Shown: positions 48,151 through 60,207, counted from the first letter of the stretch. The stretch is 64,000 nucleotides of DNA from Escherichia coli (GCF_036507355.1 NZ_AP027877.1); one strand, 5' to 3'. The notes: generated by a model from the sequence alone, not told the origin. Program-made: numbers and translations.

Positions 48151-50697
48151 TCACGAAAAATACTGCTGTAATAGCGGCGTATCGTGATCCTGATTGGCAG
48201 GCGGCATGTTACCGATAGATTTTGTGCGGAACGGAATCACCTGTTCACGACCATCAACCTTCACAATCTGATAGAACTGCGGCAGGTTGAAGTTGATGAA
48301 GCTTGAGCCGTAGGTAAAACGGTCATGCGATGACGAGTAGAAGCGACTGACGTCACGTACCAGCTCCTCTTTGCTGCCTTCGCAGTGGTGATACACCTCA
48401 ACCCGGTTGCTTTCGTCGAGAATGTAGATATTAAAGCCATTCTCGTCTTGCGTTTCTTCGAAAAAGAACTGGATGATCCCTTCGCTGGCAAAGCCGTCCA
48501 CCACCGCCGGTAATTTGACGTGATTGGTTTCAACCTGCACTGACAGGCCGTGCAGTTTGTTATGCGAAATCGCGCCATAAAACTCGATGGCGTTTTCCAG
48601 TTTCTGTACCGATACATTCAGGCGTTCGAAGAACAACCCCCAGGTTTGACCAGAAACGCGCAGCGCCTTGAAACGCCCGGTTTCCTGGCGGGTGCTGGAA
48701 AGGCGCAGTTCAATACACTCAGAAACCAGTTGCTGCACGCGAGTACGGATTAACCCGCGCAGATGCTGGCTATAACAGAAGACTTCCACGCTATCTGGCG
48801 GTGCGGCGTCCTGATGCATTTTGCCGAGAATAGTTTTCAGGGCTTCGATCATCGATTGCTCGCCGTTGAAGTGCAGCGTACGCACTTCGTTCCACGAGTT
48901 GCGGTACAGCAGGTCAACGCTACCTACCAGGCAATTTTGATTCTCGCCAAAGCTGAAGACATCCAGCTTACGGAAATCGAAATGCACCACCTGATTGCGG
49001 AACGCAGCTGTCGGGTCATATTCCAGGTTAACGATAATCGCCAGATGGCGGATCTCACACGGACTGTAGAGCGCCTTCGGTGTCGGTGCAGGTAAGCGCA
49101 GCGGGAAATGGTGCGACACGTCGGCGACCATCTCCTGCAACTTAGGCAAATCGACAATGCCGTTACCTTTAATATACAAGCGGGTGCGCGAGGTCAGCAG
49201 GCCGTTAAACCATGCCCACGCCACCAGTTTATTCAGGTAACGGTTATATTCCAGCGGCTGATGGCTGATGATCGACTCAATATTTGGCGCGCGGTTATAC
49301 AGATACCAACCTGAACGGTTAGCACGGCCCGGCGGCACATAAATAAAGGTCAGATTCGGTTCCGAGAGATCGGGCGAAATCTGCGGGTTTACCAGCGTCA
49401 CTTTACCTGGCAATGCTTCAAACGCGGCATACAGTTTACGCGTCAGTACGCCGATATCCTGCGGACTGGCGGAGACGCTAAGGTTATTGCGACGCGCAAA
49501 GCGGATCAGATTACGGTAGCTCTGCATCATCGCGTCGAGCAGCTCGTTGTGCGCCTCACGCACCTGATCAATCTTCCAGTTAGCACGGTTATCGAGCATT
49601 GCCAGACGAGCTTCGTCCCAACCCCACTCGCTCACTAACTGGCTCAACACTGCGCGACGCCAGCCTACGCAGGCGCGTTCACGGCTGAGCTTTTCGCACA
49701 CTTTTAAATAGAAGCAGCGACGTACTAAATCCAGACGGGTAAAATCTTCAATCGCCGTCAGGTATTCAGTAACACGCTCCAGCATCATGCAGTATGGATC
49801 GAGGCCAAACGATACAATCTCGCCATCGTGCAAACGCTGTTTGATATCTTTCGCCAGCAGACGTGGGTTCGGGTATTCCCAGGAATAGGCTTCCAGCAGC
49901 AGTGTTTTCAGCACCGCTTTGTATGGGGAATCGATACTCTTGTAGAGCTGCCAAAGGCTGGCACCAAAGTACTCTTCAGCAGAAAGCGAGCTTAAGCCAC
50001 CGAGATCCAGCCATTCATTTGGCGTCAGCACGCCCTGCGCGTAAAGCGTCATCACATAGTCGTCGTAATGCTCTTCTTCGTCGCACGGCACCATATTCCA
50101 CAGAATACGCTTACCGGCGAGACGCACGGCGGTACGATAAAATTCGTCAAGCAACAGTATATGCTGGGTGGAGCCACAATCTTCGCCCCCCAGACTGCCA
50201 CTTTCATTATGACGGAAACGGTTTTCATCAATCAGGAAGAAGCTGACTTCCACACCCAGCGAGGCGGCCCAGCTTTCCAGCAGACTACATTTACGTTGTA
50301 GCAACTGGCGCTCTTCGCTATCGAGCCAGGATTGATGACAGACCCAGATATCCAGGTCAGAGGAACAACTTTGCCCTACGGACGAGGTGCTGCCCATGGT
50401 GTATACACCAGTAATTGGAAGCTCACCTTTCGGCGGGTCCTGTACTGACATTCCACGATACAGTTCAAGCTCGTTCAGGTAGTGGCGTTGAGTTTCATCA
50501 GGCGTGTAAAGGCAAATGCCTTTGGGAACGTTACCATCAAGGTAACCCGGCATTAGCGGATGGTGATAGTGCAACAATGTCGGCAGTAGACTGTAGACCT
50601 GTTGGAATGCAGGCCCCATAGCAGCAAGCGCGCGATCCACTCGCAATTGATTTATGGCATCCAGTCTCTGTTTCAGAGTCTCAATATAGAGGTACAA
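48151..50697 (-). CDS. cyaA: Adenylate cyclase CyaA (TTG start codon)
   Basis: 848-aa [32 protein letters not shown]; initiation codon is TTG (revcomp of CAA at 50695-50697), as known for cyaA. Confidence 0.96.
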   Translation of the reverse strand: MYLYIETLKQRLDAINQLRVDRALAAMGPAFQQVYSLLPTLLHYHHPLMPGYLDGNVPKGICLYTPDETQRHYLNELELYRGMSVQDPPKGELPITGVYTMGSTSSVGQSCSSDLDIWVCHQSWLDSEERQLLQRKCSLLESWAASLGVEVSFFLIDENRFRHNESGSLGGEDCGSTQHILLLDEFYRTAVRLAGKRILWNMVPCDEEEHYDDYVMTLYAQGVLTPNEWLDLGGLSSLSAEEYFGASLWQLYKSIDSPYKAVLKTLLLEAYSWEYPNPRLLAKDIKQRLHDGEIVSFGLDPYCMMLERVTEYLTAIEDFTRLDLVRRCFYLKVCEKLSRERACVGWRRAVLSQLVSEWGWDEARLAMLDNRANWKIDQVREAHNELLDAMMQSYRNLIRFARRNNLSVSASPQDIGVLTRKLYAAFEALPGKVTLVNPQISPDLSEPNLTFIYVPPGRANRSGWYLYNRAPNIESIISHQPLEYNRYLNKLVAWAWFNGLLTSRTRLYIKGNGIVDLPKLQEMVADVSHHFPLRLPAPTPKALYSPCEIRHLAIIVNLEYDPTAAFRNQVVHFDFRKLDVFSFGENQNCLVGSVDLLYRNSWNEVRTLHFNGEQSMIEALKTILGKMHQDAAPPDSVEVFCYSQHLRGLIRTRVQQLVSECIELRLSSTRQETGRFKALRVSGQTWGLFFERLNVSVQKLENAIEFYGAISHNKLHGLSVQVETNHVKLPAVVDGFASEGIIQFFFEETQDENGFNIYILDESNRVEVYHHCEGSKEELVRDVSRFYSSSHDRFTYGSSFINFNLPQFYQIVKVDGREQVIPFRTKSIGNMPPANQDHDTPLLQQYFS

Positions 50698-51083
50698 GAC
50701 GTATCGCCTGATTTGCTACCCGTCATGACTGTGATTCCGCCAACATCAACGGTAACACGCGGCATTCGGGATATTTCGTATGTCAAAGGTAACCGTTACC
50801 ACTTTTCGCGCCTGGTTTTTTTAGTTTCACGACGAAAAAATGGTCTAAAACGTGATCAATTTAACACCTTGCTGATTGACCGTAAAGAAAGATGCGCTAC
50901 ATACAAGTGTAGCACCGTTTATTCTCTGTAAATTCCTTATTACGACGGCGTGAAACGCCTGTCAGGATCCACTGCCAGACCTCATTTTACGGTTTGCGCA
51001 GGCGTCTACGTTTCACCACAACACTGACATCACTCTGGCAAGGATGTTAGGATGGACCACGGATGATAATGACGGTAACAAGC

Positions 51084-52025
51084 ATGTTAGACAATGTTTT
51101 AAGAATTGCCACACGCCAAAGCCCACTTGCACTCTGGCAGGCACACTATGTCAAAGACAAGTTGATGGCGAGCCATCCGGGCCTGGTCGTTGAACTGGTA
51201 CCGATGGTGACGCGCGGCGATGTGATTCTTGATACGCCGCTGGCGAAAGTAGGCGGAAAAGGCTTATTTGTAAAAGAGCTGGAAGTCGCGCTCCTCGAAA
51301 ATCGCGCCGATATCGCCGTACACTCAATGAAAGATGTGCCGGTTGAATTCCCACAAGGTCTGGGACTGGTCACTATTTGTGAGCGTGAAGATCCTCGCGA
51401 TGCCTTTGTGTCCAATAACTATGACAGTCTGGATGCGTTACCGGCAGGCAGTATCGTCGGGACGTCCAGTTTACGTCGCCAGTGCCAACTGGCTGAACGC
51501 CGCCCGGATCTGATTATCCGCTCCCTGCGCGGCAACGTCGGCACTCGCCTGAGCAAACTGGATAACGGCGAATACGATGCCATCATTCTTGCCGTAGCCG
51601 GACTAAAACGTTTAGGTCTGGAGTCCCGCATTCGCGCCGCGTTGCCACCCGAGATTTCTCTTCCGGCGGTAGGGCAAGGTGCGGTGGGCATTGAATGCCG
51701 CCTTGATGATGCACACACTCGCGAGCTGCTCGCCGCGCTGAATCACCACGAAACTGCACTGCGCGTTACCGCCGAACGCGCCATGAATACCCGTCTCGAA
51801 GGCGGATGTCAGGTGCCAATTGGTAGCTACGCCGAGCTTATTGATGGCGAAATCTGGCTGCGTGCGCTGGTCGGCGCGCCGGACGGCTCGCAGATTATTC
51901 GCGGTGAACGCCGCGGTGCGCCGCAAGATGCCGAACAAATGGGGATTTCGCTGGCAGAAGAGCTACTGAATAACGGCGCGCGCGAGATTCTCGCTGAAGT
52001 CTATAACGGAGACGCCCCGGCATGA
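51084..52025 (+). CDS. hemC: Porphobilinogen deaminase HemC
   Basis: Start placed at [20 protein letters not shown] (313 aa); upstream in-frame ATGs at 51063/51069 are alternatives. Confidence 0.93.
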   Translation: MLDNVLRIATRQSPLALWQAHYVKDKLMASHPGLVVELVPMVTRGDVILDTPLAKVGGKGLFVKELEVALLENRADIAVHSMKDVPVEFPQGLGLVTICEREDPRDAFVSNNYDSLDALPAGSIVGTSSLRRQCQLAERRPDLIIRSLRGNVGTRLSKLDNGEYDAIILAVAGLKRLGLESRIRAALPPEISLPAVGQGAVGIECRLDDAHTRELLAALNHHETALRVTAERAMNTRLEGGCQVPIGSYAELIDGEIWLRALVGAPDGSQIIRGERRGAPQDAEQMGISLAEELLNNGAREILAEVYNGDAPA

Positions 52026-52762
52026 GTATCCTGGTCACCCGCCCGTCTCCCGCTGGAGAAGAGTTAGTGAGCCGTCTGCGCACACTGGGGCAGGTGGCCT
52101 GGCATTTTCCGCTGATTGAGTTTTCTCCGGGTCAACAATTACCGCAACTTGCTGATCAACTGGCAGCGCTGGGGGAGAGCGATCTGTTGTTTGCCCTCTC
52201 GCAACACGCGGTTGCTTTTGCCCAATCACAGCTACATCAGCAAGATCGTAAATGGCCCCGACTACCTAATTATTTCGCCATTGGACGCACCACCGCACTG
52301 GCACTACATACCGTAAGCGGACAGAAGATTCTCTACCCGCAGGATCGGGAAATCAGCGAAGTCTTGCTACAATTACCTGAATTACAAAATATTGCGGGCA
52401 AACGTGCGCTGATATTACGTGGCAATGGCGGTCGTGAGCTAATTGGGGATACCCTGACGGCGCGCGGTGCTGAGGTCACTTTTTGTGAATGTTATCAACG
52501 ATGCGCAATCCATTACGATGGTGCAGAAGAAGCGATGCGCTGGCAATCCCGCGAGGTGACGACGGTCGTTGTTACCAGCGGTGAAATGTTGCAGCAACTC
52601 TGGTCGCTGATCCCACAATGGTATCGTGAGCACTGGTTACTACACTGTCGACTATTGGTCGTCAGTGAGCGTTTGGCGAAACTCGCCCGGGAACTGGGCT
52701 GGCAAGACATTAAGGTCGCCGATAACGCTGACAACGATGCGCTTTTACGGGCATTACAATAA
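52022..52762 (+). CDS. hemD: Uroporphyrinogen-III synthase HemD
   Basis: 246-aa ORF with 4-bp overlap on the hemC stop. Confidence 0.93.
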   Translation: MSILVTRPSPAGEELVSRLRTLGQVAWHFPLIEFSPGQQLPQLADQLAALGESDLLFALSQHAVAFAQSQLHQQDRKWPRLPNYFAIGRTTALALHTVSGQKILYPQDREISEVLLQLPELQNIAGKRALILRGNGGRELIGDTLTARGAEVTFCECYQRCAIHYDGAEEAMRWQSREVTTVVVTSGEMLQQLWSLIPQWYREHWLLHCRLLVVSERLAKLARELGWQDIKVADNADNDALLRALQ

Positions 52763-52783
52763 CTCTCATAACAGGAAGCCATA

Positions 52784-53977
52784 ATGACGGAACAAGAAAA
52801 AACCTCCGCCGTGGTTGAAGAGACCAGGGAGGCCGTGGACACCACGTCACAACCTGTCGCAACAGAAAAAAAGAGTAAGAACAATACCGCATTGATTCTC
52901 AGCGCGGTGGCTATCGCTATTGCTCTGGCGGCGGGCGTCGGTTTGTATGGCTGGGGTAAACAACAGGCCGTCAATCAGACCGCCACCAGCGATGCCCTGG
53001 CTAACCAACTGACGGCATTGCAAAAAGCCCAGGAGAGCCAAAAAGCCGAGCTGGAAGGCATTATTAAGCAACAAGCTGCACAGCTTAAGCAGGCGAATCG
53101 TCAGCAAGAAACGCTGGCAAAACAGTTGGATGAAGTCCAACAAAAGGTCGCCACCATTTCCGGCAGCGATGCTAAAACCTGGCTGCTGGCTCAGGCCGAT
53201 TTTCTGGTGAAACTCGCCGGACGGAAGCTGTGGAGCGATCAGGACGTCACGACCGCTGCAGCGTTGCTGAAAAGTGCAGACGCCAGCCTGGCGGATATGA
53301 ATGACCCAAGTCTGATTACCGTTCGTCGGGCAATTACCGATGATATCGCCAGCCTTTCTGCAGTATCGCAGGTGGATTATGACGGCATCATCCTTAAGCT
53401 TAATCAGCTTTCAAATCAGGTAGATAACCTGCGTCTGGCCGATAATGACAGCGATGGTTCGCCGATGGATTCCGACGGTGAAGAGCTTTCCAGTTCCATC
53501 AGCGAATGGCGTATCAATCTGCAAAAAAGCTGGCAGAACTTTATGGACAACTTCATTACGATTCGCCGTCGTGATGACACCGCCGTACCGCTGTTAGCGC
53601 CAAATCAGGATATCTATCTGCGCGAAAATATTCGCTCTCGCCTGCTGGTCGCAGCACAAGCTGTACCGCGTCACCAGCAAGAGACTTATCGCCAGGCGCT
53701 GGAGAACGTCTCCACCTGGGTACGTGCTTACTACGATACTGATGATGCCACCACCAAAGCGTTCCTCGACGAGGTGGACCAGTTAAGCCAGCAAAATATC
53801 TCGATGGATCTTCCGGAAACCCTGCAAAGCCAGGCGATGCTGGAAAAACTGATGCAGACTCGCGTGCGTAACCTGCTGGCACAACCGGCAGCGGGGACAA
53901 CGGAAGCTAAACCTGCACCTGCACCGCAAGCTGCACCGCAAGCTGATACTCCGGCAGCCGCGCCGCAAGGAGAATAA
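52784..53977 (+). CDS. hemX: HemX membrane protein
   Basis: 397-aa ORF with TM segment and Gln/Ala-rich coiled coil; Pro/Ala-rich C-terminus. Confidence 0.9.
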   Translation: MTEQEKTSAVVEETREAVDTTSQPVATEKKSKNNTALILSAVAIAIALAAGVGLYGWGKQQAVNQTATSDALANQLTALQKAQESQKAELEGIIKQQAAQLKQANRQQETLAKQLDEVQQKVATISGSDAKTWLLAQADFLVKLAGRKLWSDQDVTTAAALLKSADASLADMNDPSLITVRRAITDDIASLSAVSQVDYDGIILKLNQLSNQVDNLRLADNDSDGSPMDSDGEELSSSISEWRINLQKSWQNFMDNFITIRRRDDTAVPLLAPNQDIYLRENIRSRLLVAAQAVPRHQQETYRQALENVSTWVRAYYDTDDATTKAFLDEVDQLSQQNISMDLPETLQSQAMLEKLMQTRVRNLLAQPAAGTTEAKPAPAPQAAPQADTPAAAPQGE

Positions 53978-53979
53978 CC

Positions 53980-55176
53980 ATGCTAAAAGTGTTATTGCTC
54001 TTTGTGTTGCTGATTGCGGGGATCGTGGTTGGCCCGATGATTGCCGGTCATCAGGGTTATGTGCTGATCCAGACCGACAACTACAATATCGAAACCAGCG
54101 TCACGGGCCTGGCGATCATATTGATTCTGGCGATGGTAGTGCTGTTTGCCATTGAGTGGCTACTGCGGCGGATCTTCCGCACTGGCGCGCACACCCGTGG
54201 GTGGTTTGTCGGGCGTAAGCGTCGCCGTGCACGTAAGCAGACCGAACAGGCGCTGCTGAAACTGGCGGAAGGCGATTATCAGCAAGTTGAAAAGCTGATG
54301 GCGAAAAATGCCGATCACGCTGAACAACCGGTGGTGAACTATCTACTGGCTGCCGAAGCCGCGCAACAACGTGGTGATGAAGCGCGCGCCAACCAACATC
54401 TGGAACGCGCAGCGGAGCTGGCCGGCAATGACACCATTCCGGTAGAAATCACCCGTGTACGTCTGCAACTGGCCCGTAATGAAAACCATGCTGCACGCCA
54501 CGGCGTGGATAAGCTGCTGGAAGTTACGCCACGCCATCCGGAAGTATTACGTCTGGCGGAACAGGCGTATATCCGCACAGGTGCATGGAGTTCGCTGCTG
54601 GATATTATCCCATCAATGGCGAAAGCCCATGTTGGTGATGAAGAACATCGTGCAATGCTGGAACAACAGGCATGGATTGGCCTGATGGATCAGGCGCGTG
54701 CCGATAACGGTAGCGAAGGTTTGCGTAACTGGTGGAAAAACCAAAGCCGGAAAACGCGTCATCAGGTAGCGTTGCAGGTGGCAATGGCGGAACATCTTAT
54801 TGAATGTGACGATCATGATACTGCCCAGCAAATTATCATCGATGGCCTGAAACGCCAGTACGACGATCGCCTACTGCTGCCGATTCCTCGACTGAAAACA
54901 AACAATCCGGAACAGCTGGAAAAAGTGCTGCGCCAGCAAATCAAAAACGTCGGCGATCGCCCGCTGTTGTGGAGCACACTGGGCCAGTCACTGATGAAGC
55001 ACGGAGAATGGCAGGAAGCATCGCTCGCCTTCCGCGCAGCGCTGAAACAACGTCCGGACGCCTACGATTACGCATGGCTTGCCGACGCGCTGGACAGACT
55101 GCACAAGCCGGAAGAAGCTGCAGCGATGCGTCGCGACGGTTTGATGTTAACGTTGCAGAACAACCCACCACAGTAG
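53980..55176 (+). CDS. hemY: HemY TPR-containing membrane protein
   Basis: 398-aa ORF MLKVLLLFVLLIAGIVVGPMIAGHQGYVLIQTDNYNIETSVTGLAIILILAMVVLFAIEWLLRRIF. Confidence 0.93.
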   Translation: MLKVLLLFVLLIAGIVVGPMIAGHQGYVLIQTDNYNIETSVTGLAIILILAMVVLFAIEWLLRRIFRTGAHTRGWFVGRKRRRARKQTEQALLKLAEGDYQQVEKLMAKNADHAEQPVVNYLLAAEAAQQRGDEARANQHLERAAELAGNDTIPVEITRVRLQLARNENHAARHGVDKLLEVTPRHPEVLRLAEQAYIRTGAWSSLLDIIPSMAKAHVGDEEHRAMLEQQAWIGLMDQARADNGSEGLRNWWKNQSRKTRHQVALQVAMAEHLIECDDHDTAQQIIIDGLKRQYDDRLLLPIPRLKTNNPEQLEKVLRQQIKNVGDRPLLWSTLGQSLMKHGEWQEASLAFRAALKQRPDAYDYAWLADALDRLHKPEEAAAMRRDGLMLTLQNNPPQ

Positions 55177-55223
55177 TTCCTTCTCACCCGGAGGCAAGCA
55201 CCTCCGGGGCCTTCCTGACACAT

Positions 55224-55430
55224 AAAAAAACGCCTGCTCTTATTACGGAGCAGGCGTTAAAACAGGTCTGTATGACAACAAGTGGGTGCTTCACTCAACG
55301 TTGTGTCCATGGTGTCTGATGAGGCATAAGCGACATCTGTCAGTGGACGATAAGCACCGTAAACGGCTCTGCGTCATTCCGGAGTTTATGAGGCACTAAG
55401 GCGAACATAAGAGATGGAATGAGCATCTAC
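55224..55430 (-). ncRNA. glmZ: GlmZ small regulatory RNA
   Basis: Minus strand reads GTAGATGCTCATTCCATCTCTTATGTTCGCCTTAGTGCCTCATAAACTCC...AACGCCTGCTCCGTAATAAGAGCAGGCGTTTTTTT, matching GlmZ as recalled, in the expected hemY-aslA spacer with its terminator. Confidence 0.88.
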
Positions 55431-55854
55431 TCGTTTATTATGCCACAGAGAATCGGGAAATAACATCCCTTAACACTTGTTATGAGATAATTCTGTAATC
55501 CTCTTTGCTTCCTGAGTAATAACTTCCTGAGTGAACATTTAACCTGAGCTTGATCCTACACATACTTATTATGAATGATAAAATTCATTCAATTAATAAC
55601 ACATATATTAATTGCCGTTAAAACTAAAAACATCATTAATAATCAACGCGATATAATAAACCTGCCTTACATATCAACTGCGCCAGAGGTAGGATTGAAA
55701 ACGCTCTCCTGATTTTTAAATTCATTTCTTGGATAAATAAATAATTTATTTTTATCACTATTATTTATGTAATCATCCTGTCAGGGAGAGGGATCTCAAT
55801 TATCAATGCTTAATTACGTCATCATTTTGTTGACATGAAACCGGAGCATTTTGC

Positions 55855-57510
55855 ATGGAATTTTCGTTTTCACCCAAACGTCTTGTTGTTGCTGTCGCCG
55901 CCGCTCTTCCTCTCATGGCCAGCGCAGCAGATACCCCGTCAACTGCCACCGCACGCAAAGGCTTTGCCGGATACGATCACCCAAACCAGTATCTGGTTAA
56001 ACCGGCGACCACTATTGCCGACAATATGATGCCAGTAATGCAGCATCCGGCGCAGGATAAAGAAACCCAGCAGAAGCTGGCAGAACTTGAGAAAAAAACC
56101 GGTAAGAAACCGAATGTGGTTGTTTTCTTGCTGGACGATGTGGGCTGGATGGACGTCGGTTTTAACGGTGGCGGCGTGGCGGTGGGTAACCCTACACCAG
56201 ATATCGACGCCGTTGCCAGCCAGGGGCTGATTTTAACTTCGGCGTATTCTCAACCAAGCTCTTCCCCAACCCGCGCCACCATTCTCACCGGACAATACTC
56301 CATCCACCACGGCATTCTGATGCCGCCAATGTACGGGCAACCGGGCGGGCTGCAAGGGTTAACCACGCTGCCGCAGTTGCTGCACGATCAGGGCTACGTC
56401 ACTCAGGCCATCGGGAAATGGCATATGGGGGAAAACAAAGAGTCGCAGCCGCAGAACGTTGGCTTTGATGATTTCCGTGGCTTTAACTCGGTGTCTGATA
56501 TGTACACCGAATGGCGCGACGTTCACGTAAACCCGGAAGTGGCCCTGAGTCCGGACCGTTCTGAATACATCAAGCAATTACCATTTAGCAAAGATGACGT
56601 TCATGCGGTGCGCGGCGGCGAACAACAGGCCATTGCCGACATTACGCCGAAATATATGGAAGATCTGGATCAACGCTGGATGGAATATGGCGTTAAGTTC
56701 CTCGACAAGATGGCGAAGAGTGATAAGCCTTTCTTCCTCTATTACGGCACTCGCGGCTGTCACTTCGATAACTACCCGAACGCCAAATATGCGGGTAGCT
56801 CTCCGGCACGCACCTCGTATGGCGACTGCATGGTGGAAATGAACGATGTGTTCGCTAATCTGTATAAAGCACTGGAGAAAAACGGTCAGCTTGATAACAC
56901 GCTGATTGTCTTTACCTCCGATAACGGACCGGAAGCCGAAGTACCGCCGCACGGACGCACACCGTTCCGTGGTGCGAAAGGATCTACCTGGGAAGGCGGC
57001 GTTCGCGTTCCGACTTTCGTGTACTGGAAAGGGATGATCCAACCGCGTAAATCTGACGGTATTGTCGATCTGGCAGATCTCTTCCCTACCGCGCTGGATC
57101 TGGCAGGGCATCCTGGCGCGAAAGTGGCGAATTTAGTGCCGAAAACCACCTTTATCGATGGTGTGGACCAGACATCTTTCTTCCTGGGAACAAATGGTCA
57201 GTCTAACCGTAAGGCCGAGCACTACTTCCTCAACGGTAAACTCGCTGCTGTGCGTATGGATGAATTCAAGTATCACGTCCTGATTCAGCAACCTTACGCT
57301 TATACCCAGAGCGGATATCAGGGTGGATTCACCGGCACAGTAATGCAAACAGCCGGATCGTCGGTGTTTAACCTGTACACCGATCCGCAGGAGAGCGACT
57401 CCATCGGCGTGCGCCATATTCCGATGGGTGTACCGCTACAGACCGAAATGCACGCGTATATGGAGATCCTGAAAAAGTATCCACCACGCGCGCAGATTAA
57501 ATCTGATTAA
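55855..57510 (+). CDS. aslA: Arylsulfatase AslA (signal peptide)
   Basis: 551-aa ORF with signal peptide and sulfatase features ([11 protein letters not shown]...[10 protein letters not shown]). Confidence 0.93.
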   Translation: MEFSFSPKRLVVAVAAALPLMASAADTPSTATARKGFAGYDHPNQYLVKPATTIADNMMPVMQHPAQDKETQQKLAELEKKTGKKPNVVVFLLDDVGWMDVGFNGGGVAVGNPTPDIDAVASQGLILTSAYSQPSSSPTRATILTGQYSIHHGILMPPMYGQPGGLQGLTTLPQLLHDQGYVTQAIGKWHMGENKESQPQNVGFDDFRGFNSVSDMYTEWRDVHVNPEVALSPDRSEYIKQLPFSKDDVHAVRGGEQQAIADITPKYMEDLDQRWMEYGVKFLDKMAKSDKPFFLYYGTRGCHFDNYPNAKYAGSSPARTSYGDCMVEMNDVFANLYKALEKNGQLDNTLIVFTSDNGPEAEVPPHGRTPFRGAKGSTWEGGVRVPTFVYWKGMIQPRKSDGIVDLADLFPTALDLAGHPGAKVANLVPKTTFIDGVDQTSFFLGTNGQSNRKAEHYFLNGKLAAVRMDEFKYHVLIQQPYAYTQSGYQGGFTGTVMQTAGSSVFNLYTDPQESDSIGVRHIPMGVPLQTEMHAYMEILKKYPPRAQIKSD

Positions 57511-57546
57511 GCCGGCGATATCGCTACATCGGGCCACACTGACCTT

Positions 57547-57652
57547 GCCGGATGCGGCGTGAACGCCTTATCCGGCCTACAAGCCTTGCAAATTCAATAA
57601 ATTGTAACGTTCTGTAGGCCGGATAAGATGCGGTCAGCATCGCATCCGGCAA
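57547..57652. repeat. RIP element (REP - IHF-site spacer - REP)
   Basis: GCCGGATGCGGCGTGAACGCCTTATCCGGCCTAC ... GCAAATTCAATAAATTG ... GTAGGCCGGATAAGATGCGGTCAGCATCGCATCCGGCA. Confidence 0.85.
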
Positions 57653-57676
57653 TCAACCGCAGGCGGCCGCCGATTT

Positions 57677-58822
57677 CTACTTACTCACCACCAGCAAATG
57701 CGCCTGCATAATGTCGCTGGCCGGGCGACCGTGCGCCAGCAAATCAGCCATTGCTTTAAGATATGGCGGTAGATGGCGGAAATAACGCTGATACCCGGCA
57801 CACAAATAATTCAGCCCCGGTTTGCCGCTGGCATCGAGCATGAAGCGGTGTTTCGGGCAGCCTCCCCAACATGCTTTTAACACGTTACAACTGCGACACT
57901 GCGCCGGTAACTGCTTAAATTTATCTTCACCAAACACCTGCTGTTGCGGGGAATCGATCATTTCTGCAATTGTTTGCTGGTGCATATTCCCCAGTCGATA
58001 TTGCGGATAAACATAGTGATCGCAGGCGTAAACGTCGCCATTGTGCTCAACAATCACCGAGCGCCCACAGGTTGGCTGATGATGGCAAACCGCACCCGGC
58101 GCACCGACAAAATTGGCAAACGCCCATTCGATATTCATCACGAAAATCTTGCCGACGTCGCATTTGATCCAGTGGTCGAATATCGCCACCAGAAATTCAC
58201 CAAATTCATCGGGGCGCACCGACCATTCCGTCAGTTCCCCCTGAATATCACCAGGCGCATGTAGTTTCAGTCCATCGCGGGCAGCTGTTTCATCAGCCAG
58301 GCGCTCGACCACCGGAATAAACTGGATGAATTCGACTCCCGCATCGCACAAAAAATCATATACCTGCAACGGTTGCTGCGCGCTGGTGCGATTAACGCAG
58401 ACCAGCACGTTATAGTCGACATGATGTTTTTGCAGGAACGTCAGGGCACGCATCACCAGCTTATGCGTGGGTCTGCCACCTTTAGTCACGCGATATTGAT
58501 TGTGGATCTCAGCCGGACCATCCAGCGATAACCCAACAAGAAAATGATTTTCTGCCAGAAATGCACACCATTCATCATCGAGCAGCACGCCGTTAGTCTG
58601 GAAGCTGTTACTTATCTTCCTGCCAGCACCATATTTCGCCTGTAGCGCTACGGCACGGCGGTAAAACTCCAGCCCGAGTAGCGTTGGTTCGCCGCCCTGC
58701 CAGGTAAAAGCCACTTCGTTTTGCGGTTCGCTGGCAGCGATATAGTGACGGACATACGCTTCCAGCGTGTCATCGTCCATATGCGTGACTGGCTTTTCGC
58801 GGTAAAGGGATTGTTTTTCGAG
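57677..58822 (-). pseudogene. aslB: Anaerobic sulfatase-maturating enzyme AslB, 3' portion (codon 31 onward), separated from its 5' end by an IS insertion
   Basis: Minus strand reads LEKQSLYREKPVTHMDDDTLEAYVRHYIAASEP... directly abutting the IS end; the radical-SAM CxxxCxxC start of the gene lies on the other side of the IS. Confidence 0.88.
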
Positions 58823-59892
58823 GCTGAATTTACAATCCAAGTGCAACAAAAAAAGAAGTACTCATCAACTAGAATATAATTTTGTTTCCACACAAAAACC
58901 ACTTCCAAATGATGAGTACTTCCTACCGACATCTTACAATAAACGAGCGAGAAAAGATAATGATTTTACTCGCACAGGGCAAAAAACAAGCAGAAATTGC
59001 CAAAGCACTGGGACGTAGCTCCAGCACCATTTCTCGCGAGCTGAAACGACACGCTCTAGAAAGCTACAGTGCAACGAACGCACAAAACAGCTATTTGAAG
59101 CATCGTCAAAATAGCAAAGCACAGCGCAAATTAGAGCAGCCTGAATATTTCAATTTGGTGCAAGAAAAGTTTCTGACAGAAAACTGGTCGCCCGAACAAA
59201 TCAGCGCACGATTAAAATTGGAAAAATCTGAATTATCCATTAGTTATTCAACCATTTATCGTGGTATTTATTCAGGGTTGTTTGATATAGGCGAACGCAA
59301 AGCCAGTCGCAAACTGCGCCACAAAGGCAAAACACGGCATACAAAAAATCATCATGAAAAACGTGGCAAAATTCAGATATCCAACCATTTGAACGACCGT
59401 CCCATTTCGGCGCAAAATCGCAGTCGCTTTGGACATTGGGAAGCCGATACCGTACTGGGTAAAGCGGGTGGAGCTTGTTTGCTGACGCTGACGGAACGCA
59501 AAAGTCGTTTTGAGTTGGTGAAGAAAATTCCTGCCAAAAAAGCCGAAGCAGTCCAAAAAGCCATGATTGAATTGCTGGATTCACATATATTGCGGTCAAT
59601 TACGCCAGACCGTGGTAAAGAATTTGCCCAACATCGTTTGGTAACAGAAGCACTGGGTGTAGAATTTTACTTCCCCGAGCCGCATCAACCGTGGACACGG
59701 GGAACGAATGAAAATACAAATGGGTTACTTCGTGAATACTTTCCGAAGCACCAAGACATCAATCAGTGGAGCGAAGTTGATATTCAACAGGTGATCAATA
59801 AACTGAATTTACGACCACGTAAATGTTTAGGTTGGAAAACACCTTATGAAGTTTACTTCAAAAAATCGTTGCACTTGGTTTGACAATTCAAG
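58823..59892 (+). mobile_element. IS30-family insertion sequence, 1070 bp, ISApl1-like by size and 2-bp target duplication
   Basis: Imperfect terminal inverted repeats (left TGAATTTACAATCCAAGTGCAAC; right revcomp TGAATTGTCAAACCAAGTGCAAC); flanked by AG at 58821-58822 and 59893-59894; removing the element plus one AG restores aslB ...CDYCFYLEKQSLY... Confidence 0.85.
58909..59883 (+). CDS. IS30-family DDE transposase
   Basis: MMSTSYRHLTINEREKIMILLAQGKKQAEIAKALGRSSSTISRELKRH (HTH) ... GHWEADTV ... PWTRGTNENTNGLLREYFPK, typical of IS30-family transposases. Confidence 0.88.
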   Translation: MMSTSYRHLTINEREKIMILLAQGKKQAEIAKALGRSSSTISRELKRHALESYSATNAQNSYLKHRQNSKAQRKLEQPEYFNLVQEKFLTENWSPEQISARLKLEKSELSISYSTIYRGIYSGLFDIGERKASRKLRHKGKTRHTKNHHEKRGKIQISNHLNDRPISAQNRSRFGHWEADTVLGKAGGACLLTLTERKSRFELVKKIPAKKAEAVQKAMIELLDSHILRSITPDRGKEFAQHRLVTEALGVEFYFPEPHQPWTRGTNENTNGLLREYFPKHQDINQWSEVDIQQVINKLNLRPRKCLGWKTPYEVYFKKSLHLV

Positions 59893-59984
59893 AGATAAAA
59901 ACAGTAGTCACAGTTCAGATTACAATCGGAACCGCTCGGTTTCGCCATCACATGAAAAGCACGCGTTGGAACCTGTTGCAGCAT
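59893..59984 (-). pseudogene. aslB: aslB 5' fragment (first ~30 codons) stranded by the IS insertion
   Basis: Minus strand reads MLQQVPTRAFHVMAKPSGSDCNLNCDYCFYL, including the radical-SAM CxxxCxxC motif, then runs into the IS right end. Confidence 0.85.
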
Positions 59985-60094
59985 GGTCGCTCCTTGCCTG
60001 AAGTCATCCTTCAATACGTTAAGGGCGAAATCATACCGTGGGGCAATGAGTTATTACGGGCGTTTATTGCGAAGGGAGGGTGACGAAATGCACA

Positions 60095-60124
60095 GAAAAC
60101 AAAAAACCCCGCCGAAGCGGGGTT
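60095..60124 (-). terminator. Rho-independent terminator of the argX-hisR-leuT-proM tRNA operon
   Basis: Minus strand CCCCGC-TTCG-GCGGGG hairpin followed by TTTTTTGTTTT, immediately 3' of proM. Confidence 0.8.
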
Positions 60125-60130
60125 CAAAAT

Positions 60131-60207
60131 TGGTCGGCGAGAGAGGATTCGAACCTCCGACCCACTGGTCCCAAACCAGTTGCGCTACCAAGCTGCGCTA
60201 CTCGCCG
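60131..60207 (-). tRNA. proM: tRNA-Pro
   Basis: Minus strand reads CGGCGAGTAGCGCAGCTTGGTAGCGCAACTGGTTTGGGACCAGTGGGTCGGAGGTTCGAATCCTCTCTCGCCGACCA. Confidence 0.95.

Noticed and set aside
56578-57111. 177-aa minus-strand ORF
   Set aside because: Antisense shadow ORF inside aslA.
59880-60083. 67-aa plus-strand ORF after the transposase gene
   Set aside because: It is antisense to the stranded aslB 5' fragment and the IS right end; the minus strand here is clearly the AslB N-terminus.
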